Assembly (NCBI RefSeq): GCF_006345805.1
Contig: NC_043009.1
Coordinates: 66,402,001-66,466,000 of the forward strand
Direction of reading: 5' to 3'
Length of the DNA: 64,000 nt
DNA from: Octopus sinensis
Taxonomy: Eukaryota
In this document: piece by piece, positions 54,270-64,000 of the stretch
Numbering within the stretch: the first letter of the stretch is position 1
How the letters are laid out: every line of letters begins with the position of its first letter
Translations under genes and position numbers: made by a program
Notes under the pieces: generated by a model
Told to the model about the DNA's origin: nothing
Database searches by the model: none
The model's input: only the letters and a program-made list of their open reading frames with translations

Positions 54270-54490
54270 AAATATCCTCTCTACTATAGACAAAAAGCCT
54301 GAAATTTTGGGAGAGTCAGTCGATTACATGGCCCCCCCCCCAGTGCTCAGCTGGTACTTATTTTATCAACACCGAAAGGATGAAAGGCAAAATCGACCTT
54401 GGTAGAATTTGAACTCAAAGCCTAAAGATGGATGAAACACCGCTAAGCATTTTTCCCCGGTGTACTAAACACTCCGCCAGCTCGCCGCCC
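54270..54490 (-). mobile_element. SINE family A copy
   Basis: gtcgattacat..cagtgctcagctggtacttattttatc..gaaaggatgaaaggcaaaatcgacc..atttgaactc..gccagctcgccgcc. Confidence 0.88.
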
Positions 54491-54520
54491 TAAGGATGTT
54501 ATTAATATTAATGTGATTTA

Positions 54521-54690
54521 AGACGCTGGGCTGGCTGAATCGTTAGCATGCCGGACAAAATGCCTAGCACTCCGCGTTTATCGGGGACGATAAAATAAGT
54601 AGCAGTTTAGCCCTGTGATCGATGTAATTGAATTATCCCCTTCCACGAGCTTGCTGGCCTTGTGCGAAAATTTGAAATCAGTATTAACAT
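54521..54690 (+). mobile_element. Internally deleted SINE family A copy
   Basis: ctggctgaatcgttagcatgccggacaaaatgcctagc...gataaaataagtagcag...ggccttgtgcgaaaatttgaaatc. Confidence 0.75.
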
Positions 54691-54837
54691 GATGGATTCC
54701 TGACTGATATTTATATCACGTCACATTTCGATGGCTATAATTTTGCAACTGAAGAGCGGGCCATAGCTACGAAACATCTAATGAACAAAAGAGACAGTAA
54801 CGGCTTTAAATCTTTAACGATTTTATCGATTATGTCG

Positions 54838-55318
54838 ATAAGATCTGGTCATCAAATTTAAGTAGAGACTTCAAACTTGAAATCTTCAAAGCCACAGTCG
54901 AACCAATTCTACTATATGGCTCAGAAACCTGGACGTTATCAAAGAAGCTTGAGAGGCGGTTGGATGGAACCTACACTCGCCTCCTTATGAGAGCTCAAAA
55001 TCTCTCGTGGAAGCGCCATCCAACCAAAATGCAAATATATGGGAACCTACCACCTGTGTCATCTCTTGTGAAAGGTAAGAGAGTCCAGTTTGCTGGACAT
55101 TGTTGTAGAGCTGAAAACGAGGTAATTTCTACTCTTCTCCTCTGGAAGCCATCTACTCGCAATACCTGAGGGCGCACACTCTCCTACCCTGATGTAATCT
55201 CCAGGGATACAGGCATCCAGCAACAGGACCTCCGTAATGCCATGATGGACCGTGAAGTCTGGCGTAGCATGGTAAATTCCATTGTCTCGACCACGGTCGA
55301 ACAATGATGATGATGATG
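54838..55318 (+). mobile_element. 5'-truncated RTE-clade LINE, 3' end with (TGA)n tail
   Basis: KIWSSNLSRDFKLEIFKATVEPILLYGSETWTLSKKLERRLDGTYTRLLMRAQNLSWK...VQFAGHC...GRTLSYPDVISRDTG...MMDREVWR; one internal stop (55167-55169); possible ATGTCG target duplication. Confidence 0.92.
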
Positions 55319-55708
55319 TCGCATTTCTGTATAAGATATTACACGTGTAATCATCAGCTACCCCAAAGTTGTTATCAAGTTACTATTTCCCATTGTGATA
55401 TGGTGCTGTTGCTATGGTGAAGCACAATATCATTCGTAGGAAAGACTCTCCCGGGATAAATATAAACAACGCCAAAACAATTCATGCATTCATTTGAATA
55501 CAAGGAAAATTTTGGGGGAACCAATAAACTTTGTGATGAACCAGGAATATGGATGGAACCTGTATTCTTGTCAAAACGTCTGCCGAGTGCAAACGTTACA
55601 GGTTGGATGCAGGTGTTCGGATGAAAAAAGAAAGACCATGTTCAATCGTAAAGGTCAAGTGACTTGCAGAACATCTTCGAAACTCATTGAGAGAAAGAGA
55701 GACAGAGC

Positions 55709-55749
<41 letters not shown>

Positions 55750-56767
55750 AGAATGAGAGAGAGAGAGAGCTGGGGATAATAATGGACAAATGATCCGAAA
55801 CCTACAGCTTAACTACCCAGAATATTAATTCACATCTCTAACAATAAATATTGAATATAAATATTGAATCTCTTCTCTATGTTGCCCAATGTGAAGTTTC
55901 ATTGTGGGAAAATGTTTTTAGGCAGGATGTGTGCAGCCGACAAACAGTTTACAAATACGATCAGTAAGAGGGACAGTACATATATTAAAGACTTTCCAAA
56001 AGTTCAGCATGTAACGCTTACATCCAAATTGCAACAATATATCTTTGTTTATTTGTTAGGCACCAGAACCGTCTTAAAGCGAAGAATTGAAATAATTAAG
56101 AAAGAAATGCAGAATAGGCACCACCAAAACACGCATGTATTCGTCCGCAGACACACTTAAACACACACTTAAACGCGCGCTCACACACGCACACACACAT
56201 ATTCACATACGCTGCACGATTACACAAGCCTATATACATACATACATACATACATACATACATACATACATACATACATACATACATACACACATACATA
56301 CATAGAAAAACTAAGACATATTTACAGAAATCAGATTCCGCCCCACCACGATCTCTCTCCTTCCACATCCACACACGAACATAAGATACATTAACACTCA
56401 TAAGCACAGTCTTTATCACACACACACACACACAGTACTCTACAGAAGCACATATCTTTACACACACGCACGCACACACATGTATATTTACATACACGCA
56501 CACACACACACGTCAGAAACAGTGAGTTGTCAATAACACAATGTCTTCTAATGGAATTAGTTGAAAAGCTGCATTGTGTTTAGTAATCCCACCATTTAAA
56601 CAGAACTATTGAGAATTGACCAACGTCTTGTTTGGATTGTCACATATTTCCCAGCATACCCTGCTCCAGCAGTAGATCGGCATTCACTTTCGCAGAAAAT
56701 ATTACATTCACAGACACATACACACATACACACCACACGCATACACACGAGTGCAAAGAAACAAACA

Positions 56768-56867
<100 letters not shown>

Positions 56868-56928
56868 ATATATATATATAATTATATATATATATATATG
56901 TGTGTGTGTGTATGTATGTATGTATATA

Positions 56929-56959
<31 letters not shown>

Positions 56960-57081
56960 GAATGTCTGTATATCAACGTATATACATATATACAGATACA
57001 CCCAGACACATATTCACACACACTAACACACTCACACATGCACATACATACATACATACAAACATACATACATACATATAT

Positions 57082-57130
<49 letters not shown>

Positions 57131-57562
57131 ATATATGTGTGTGTGCGTGTGTGTGTGCGAGAGAGAGAGAGAGAGGGAAAGAGAGAGAGAGAGAATGAGC
57201 GGTGTATGTATATGTGTGTGTCAGCGCGTGTGTCTGGCTGAGTGCTTTTCATCAAGCGAAACGGTTTTGCGTGTTTGCGTTGTGAGAAATAAATATCTTT
57301 ACTGGTAGACAGTTGTATAATAATATATAATTCCTGTTTTGAATATCTCTTCTGTTGGTGTGAAATAACATTGTTATTACATATGGTATCTGTAGCTGTC
57401 GAATGCTTCTTGTCATTTCTTCCATATCACATCCTGTGTACGCCAACTCTTTATTTTTCTATTCATCAATCACACCATCAAATATTGCATCAGACAATTA
57501 ATCAATCAACAATGCCTCTCCATTTATCGATATATCTACCTTCCTTTGCATATGGCGTTTAT

Positions 57563-57991
57563 TCCTCTATTTGTTTCAGTCATTGGACAGCGGCCATGCT
57601 GGGGCATCGCCTTCAAGGGCGTTTAGTCGGACACATCCGCCCCCACCTCAATACTCGTTCTTTTATCTTTCATTTTCCTACTTATTTTATTGGTCACCTT
57701 TACCTTAATGGAATGTTATCTTAAGGGGACGTAAGCAAAAGTACACCTGTCCACACGCACACAAATTTGTATGTATGTATGTATGTATGTATGTATGTAT
57801 GTATGTATGTATGTATGTATGTGTGTATGTATATAAACGACGAGTTTCCATATACTTTCTAATTACCACTCAGAAGGCATTCGTCCGCCCGATGCTAGAA
57901 TAGAAGCAACTTCTCCCAAGGCATAACACAAAGTGGGGGTGAACCTGGAACCATCTGACTGCCAAACGAACCTCTTAACCACACATCCATG

Positions 57992-57995
<4 letters not shown>
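57563..57995 (-). mobile_element. Decayed full-length SINE family B with internal (TATG)n
   Basis: Tail tttgtttcagtcatt..gcggccatgctgg, internal microsatellite at 57765-57835, head ..cccaaggc..gaacctggaacc..ttaaccacac. Confidence 0.75.
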
Positions 57996-58023
<28 letters not shown>

Positions 58024-58092
58024 CGCACACACACACATGCATATGAACGTATGTATTTCTATCTGTCTATTACTCTATCTATCTATTTGTAT

Positions 58093-58141
<49 letters not shown>

Positions 58142-58201
58142 CAGGCGGGCAGACAGATAGACAGACAAATAGACAGACAGACAGACAGACAGACCGATAG
58201 C

Positions 58202-58246
<45 letters not shown>

Positions 58247-59916
58247 GCATATATAATGTTTGATTTTATGTCAGGTTATAATAAAATCAACTCTGTTTTG
58301 ATCTGAACGGTGACTTCATACTTTTGTAGAGTTTTTTAAAAAGAATAGCACTGATAGTGACTTCGAATCTTCGCCCATCATTGGACATTATGTGTGTGTG
58401 TGTGTGTGTGTCGTGTGCGTGTGTGTGTGTGTGTGCGCGTGTGTGTACGTGTTCATCCGTCTCGCCAATAAACGGAAAGAAACGGTTGATATTGGGAAGA
58501 CTAAAAGACTATACTTACAAAAATACCTGAATTTGAACTTCCAAATCTGCTTTATCCTTGGCAGAAGTCTCAAGCCACATACTGAGTAGTTCCAAAACTA
58601 TTGTCATTCTTCTTCTTTTATATCATTTAGAATGAAAATGATAAACCGAATTATACTTCGAAATAATATAATGAATTATTCAGGTCTTTAGTTATAGAGA
58701 CGAAGCACAATAACAAAGGGAATTGTGCACTTTTATACTTTCGCTTCTTTTTCGGTAAAAAGTGGAAATAGAACTACTCGACTGTGTACTCGTATAATGT
58801 GTGTGTATGTATGTATGTGTGTATATATGTGTGTTTGTGTATGTGTGTGTAACACACAATATACAAACACAAACACACACGTATATATATAAAAATCAAG
58901 CTAAATATTGATATTTTGAATTCGTTTAGTACACGTGTTTCAGATCATTATGCAAGGAGAAAAAGATTTCACCTTTTACATAACATCTTTTTCAATATAC
59001 TAATATTATATCAAAATTTAGTTGGACTTAGTTATTATATTTTAAGAGAATGTAATGATGATGTTGATGATGATGATGATGATGACGACGACGATGATAA
59101 TTAACTATACTATGAACCGTATTATTAGATATGCAATACCTTGAAGAAAAAACAGATGGCTGTCGCTGCTGCATACCTTTTAACCATATAAGGCAGTATA
59201 AATCTCAGCAACGACGAAATCTAAGAATAAATATAAATAAGAACAGTTAAAGAACATTCTTTCAATTTCTCTAACTGATCCAGTTCCAGTTTCGTAGAAC
59301 AAATAATGATAGTCTTATTCTTGCTAAAGTCTGGGTGTCTTTTATAATTGTTTACTCTGTTATGACAGCGTATAATTTTTAATTCTGTTGTGTCTCTGGA
59401 AACAGTATTAAAATCTCCCACACGTTGCAGATCGTTTTATAAAACAAAAATATTTTGGTTTCAGGGAGTTTCTTAAAAGTGTTTAAATCCGTCTTCTTGT
59501 TTTCCTTTTTCATAAAATTCACATGAACACTCACGCACCCCAACACACTCTTAATTTCATTTATATTTTCACAGTCGGAAGCAAAGCGCATACGGCTGAT
59601 CGACGAATTCTTTCTGATATCGGTGACACTAGGTTTTGTCGTATATCTTTTGTATAACTAGGCGTTCGATAAAAAGATTATCCTTAACAAGTCCACCGAT
59701 GCCATTTGGACAGGAATTCATTAGCGTGTAACTGTAATGAGAGCTCGTTTATCACTACAACAGACGTTTAAAGAAATTAAATTAAATATTTATTTTAATA
59801 CAAATTTGCTAGATATCTTTTTTTTTACAAATAAACAGCTTACAAAACGGGATTTTTCAAAGTTTTATTACTCTAACTTATTTACTGTATAACTAAAAAT
59901 ATTTATGATATATTTG

Positions 59917-59947
<31 letters not shown>

Positions 59948-59951
59948 ATAT

Positions 59952-59992
<41 letters not shown>

Positions 59993-60032
59993 TTATTGTT
60001 TGTATGATATAGATATATAATATGATATGATA

Positions 60033-60079
<47 letters not shown>

Positions 60080-60093
60080 ATATATATATATAC

Positions 60094-60167
<74 letters not shown>

Positions 60168-60489
60168 GTATATGTATGCGCGCATGTGTGTTTGCGTGTG
60201 TATACGCGTGTTGATATGGAACTACTTTTTCTCGGTTTTCATCAATAATTAATTTGAATAATGCCAAGTTTTAAATTCTAAACTTTTCGATACCTAAGTT
60301 AATAAACATTAAAATAATTCATACCAAAACGGATCTTAAACTTCATCCAAATTTCTCACACGACTTCCATTCGTAACGTCTGTATCTTTATTTGTCGTTG
60401 CTTCTTATCTCTTCGCCCATATATTTAATACAACCTTGCTACTTCGGCCATTTTCATTCTGTTTATTATCGTTATTATTGTTATTTATT

Positions 60490-61070
60490 GTCTTTGCACA
60501 GCTTCTAACGCTGGAAATGTACTTCGGTGCCAGCTGTTCACTACCTGTGAACTAAGGTAACACCCCTTATTTTTCGGGCACCATCCGGAGTATTCGAGCG
60601 GTGCCAGGCAGTGCTGTTTTCTGCAAGTGATCCACCCTTATTGCAGCCCCTATTTGTTCCATGTACTTCTCAAGATTTTTATTCACTGTTCCTTGGGCGC
60701 CGACAATTGTTGTTACTACCTTCTTCAGCGACCATAACTGCTTAACTTCCCAAGCTACCCTGTCATATCTCTCGACTTTTCTTTCTTCCTTATCGCATAC
60801 CTTGTTGTCCACTGGGCATGCTACATCTATGATCCAGCATTGTTTGCATTCTTTCTCATTTAACACTATGCCTGGCTTCCTATTCTCTATCTCATGGTCG
60901 CACTGAATCATAAAATCCCACTTAAAATCTGCACTTATCGCTTTCTGATGTGTTGTCTATTCTCTATTTGATGCAATTGGTTCTTAATGCTTGCTCTTGG
61001 GCAGCACAGATTAGAGCCTCTGTTTCCGGTTTTAATTCCCTTTTAGTTATCTATAGTCATCTTTCTACAT
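60490..61070 (-). mobile_element. 5'-truncated, internally deleted R4/Dong-type non-LTR retrotransposon with restriction-like endonuclease region
   Basis: ELKPETEALICAAQEQALRTN.IK*RID....DKCR, then a frameshifting deletion, then WDFMIQCDHEIENRKPGIV..IIDVACPVD..KVERY...LW..IVGAQG..LQKTALPGTARILRMV. Flanked by ATT/AAT tracts. Confidence 0.88.
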
Positions 61071-62268
61071 AATAATAATAATTATTATTATTATTATTAT
61101 TATTATTTTATTATTATTATTATTATTATTATCATCATCATCATCATCGTCATCATCATCATCATCATCATCATCATTATGAAAATACTAAACCATCCTT
61201 ACAGCTATTTATTCCACTTTTAATTGTTAGCTTCTACATGTCTATTATACCTATCTGCGCGCCTGCGCGTGAGTGTGTGTAATCTTAAATAGTGTGGATT
61301 ATCACCCTGGCTTAAAGTTTCTCCCAATTCCCAGGTATTAAACTTTGCCGTTTATGCATAAATATCCACATACACCATTATATTTGTAGTTCTCTTTAGC
61401 ATTTTCGCCGTGAGGGCCATGCTTGAAAAGCACGTTAATGGTAAGTTAGGATACCTAACGCCTAAATCCTGCTGTTTATACTGGAATCACAGACTTTCAT
61501 GTCGGCAGTTTATAGCTGACCCATTTACATCAGACTGCTCTGCACTTATAATGGTTTGCAGAAGACGGCGAAAAGGAATATGAGTGACCAATTAGGCACC
61601 AATTCTTCACTGCTATTTGTTTTGCGCGTTTCCTGAAGGAATTAAAGGAAAGGAGGAATTCAACTCGAATCGTAAAGAAATACACCACGAGGCAAGCAGC
61701 TGAATAGTTTATTATCTATGATTTCATTTCCTTGTAATAATATTTCAAAATTTTAAATCGTATATTAATGGTGTAAAAGATAGCTTGACTAACCTATTGG
61801 TTGTATACACATCGCGTATAAATTTAAAGGTCAACAACATGGAATTCAGTTACGATCTTTTATGAAATATTATCTGTCTTCGTTGAAAAATGGCTGCTTC
61901 ATATGATACAAAGAAATAACAACAAAGACAACGAACGGTTACATACATGCATACATACATACATACATACACGTGTCTGTGTATCTACTTTTATCATCAA
62001 AATTTTTGAATTTCAAACACATACATATACATGCACATACACACGCATACATGCACACATACATGCATACATACATACATATATTTACGCACACACACAC
62101 ACATACACGCACACACACACACAAATCCCCTATACCCTTCAAACGCACACACACACACACATTGTTCATTTTTATCATTTAATATTCTGAATTTTAATAA
62201 CATACTTCATGTGTGTATTACATACAAACATAATATATATATATTATATATATAATATATATAATGTT

Positions 62269-62303
<35 letters not shown>

Positions 62304-62408
62304 TATATATATATATATACATATATATATAACATATACATATATATATTATATATATTTTTTTTTAATATCTTATATATATATATAAACATTATATATA
62401 AACATTAC

Positions 62409-62482
<74 letters not shown>

Positions 62483-62511
62483 CATTTATATATAAAACTA
62501 TACATATATAT

Positions 62512-62551
<40 letters not shown>

Positions 62552-62699
62552 TTACTCTCCTGGAAACTTTCATCTCTCATCCAATTTGTAATTCTGTTAA
62601 TACCGATATTTGCATTATTTCTCAAATTTACATTATTTAATTAAATGTCTTCTGCTTTATAATTTACAAGCTGCACCTCGCTGGTACTTCCGGGAGTTA

Positions 62700-62940
62700 A
62701 AAAATAAGCTTACGATATTTTCTTTGAATTCTGGTTTGTTCTGGAGTTTGTTAAGCACACAATTTCACTGTTCTAACTGCTTGTTTCTTCGTGTAATTCC
62801 CGTCTATATATAAATTTTATTCACTTCCAAGTTTCTCCCTGATCTGTCACTATTTTGGGAATTTCGGTGCTATAGACTGCAGCCGCACTGGGGTACCATA
62901 TGCACTGGTTTAGTCGATCTTTTCGCTTGCTCCATGTTCG
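62700..62940 (-). pseudogene. Possible LTR-retrotransposon integrase remnant
   Basis: IPKIVTDQG resembles the integrase IVTD.G motif; little other support and truncated by the gap. Confidence 0.2.
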
Positions 62941-63040
62941 NNNNNNNNNNNNNNNNNNNNNNNNNNNNNNNNNNNNNNNNNNNNNNNNNNNNNNNNNNNN
63001 NNNNNNNNNNNNNNNNNNNNNNNNNNNNNNNNNNNNNNNN
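62941..63040. other. Assembly gap (100 N)
   Basis: Directly visible; a round length suggests a scaffolding placeholder of unknown size. Confidence 0.99.
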
Positions 63041-63120
63041 TATCTGGTTGGAATGATCAAAGAGAGAAGGATGTTGAAGATCTGCTGTAGTTGGAACTCC
63101 AAAGGACTGGTCTAAGTACA

Positions 63121-63960
63121 TAATTCGATAAATCAACTGAAAGTGACAACGAAGAAGGTGTATGCATTTTGTTAAAAGAAAGGAAAAGCCATAAAGAAAT
63201 CCTTTCCGGTAAATCGTTAATACAAAGAGACAAAAAACGTTTCAAGTATTAACACCTTACTTTGAAATTAACGATATCCGTTTTAGCAAAATGATATGGA
63301 GTGCATCTGAGGGTCAACCAGCTCTGACAAGTCACAAAGCTGATCTTAAGGCAAATATAGAAAAAAACAAGAAACAGCTAATCTATTCGCAATTCAGTTA
63401 ACACAGTCCATAAAAGCATAGGGAGCAGATGTTTCCCAGCCCAACTTTTGTTGCCGATAACAAATTCAAAGCGAAGGCCGATAACAAAATCAAAGCGAAG
63501 GCTGTTCTAACAAGTTATGTGAACTGAACAGTGAAAATTTCCAAAGATTACTTCTCTGCTAAAGTTCATTCCTGTCAAAAGGATGTTATTGGAAACGATT
63601 CTTCTAGCTTTACGACATCATTGTTACACTTTTACTTATAAATCATGACGATGAACTTACCCGGTGACATTGACTTCGTTCGTAGTGTCCAGGCTAATTA
63701 GCACGTATTTACGACAAGATGGATAACTTTGCTACTGCGAAGGGAATTGTTTTAATTCACGGAAATACTGTGGTTGACAACTTACGAATGAAACCAAATT
63801 GCAAATACTGAAACATGGCAAAAGTGAGTTTCAGCGGTTCCTATGAATTAAAGGCATCGTACAAATACTTACAGACTGGACTATGAGGATTAGGGAAACG
63901 AAATTGCAAAATGATTTTGAAACAAAATTTACTGGATTGGTTGAACTAACAGCCATTTTG
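63121..63960 (+). pseudogene. Decayed hAT Charlie/Buster-type transposase (SCAND3-like)
   Basis: FDKSTESDNE..KEILSGKSL; SEGQPALT; NKIKAKA; LCELNSENFQRLLLC*SSFLSKGCYWKRFF*LYDIIV resemble LDEST..NE..ELLF..SL, TDGAP.M and LC..N.E.F.RLLLHTEVRWLSKG.CL.RF. Many stops and frameshifts. Confidence 0.75.
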
Positions 63961-64000
63961 CGTTTATATTCAAAATGGCTGACGACTAGCATCACGCTTG

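Noticed and set aside
59100-59760. Possible APE endonuclease remnant (VGDFNT)
   Set aside because: Other APE motifs not found in order.
62821-63245. ORFs spanning the N run
   Set aside because: Artefacts of reading through an assembly gap.
63950-63981. 11-bp inverted repeat CAGCCATTTTG / CAAAATGGCTG
   Set aside because: Short, isolated and at the window edge; cannot be tied to an element terminus.

Overview
AT-rich, microsatellite-dense eukaryotic DNA with no recognisable host protein-coding gene. The SINE families and repeat density resemble an octopus (cephalopod) genome; this is recalled from memory and not verified by search. Bases 1-13112 are one tandem array of a 33-bp unit. The rest is a patchwork of at least four tRNA-derived SINE families, decayed LINE fragments (CR1, RTE, R4/Dong, Penelope), two decayed hAT transposases, a 1.64-kb tandem duplication, an inverted-repeat element, many microsatellites and a 100-N gap. 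Almost every ORF in the supplied track is a translated microsatellite. Best leads: (1) a minimal hammerhead-ribozyme-like motif in a Penelope-type terminal repeat at 40765-40800; (2) a SINE forming ordered head+(~185 bp)n multimers with position-specific unit types shared by two loci; (3) the 33-bp array, whose stop-free frames the ORF track misses because they lack a start codon. All translations and alignments were done by eye; coordinates of decayed elements are approximate.
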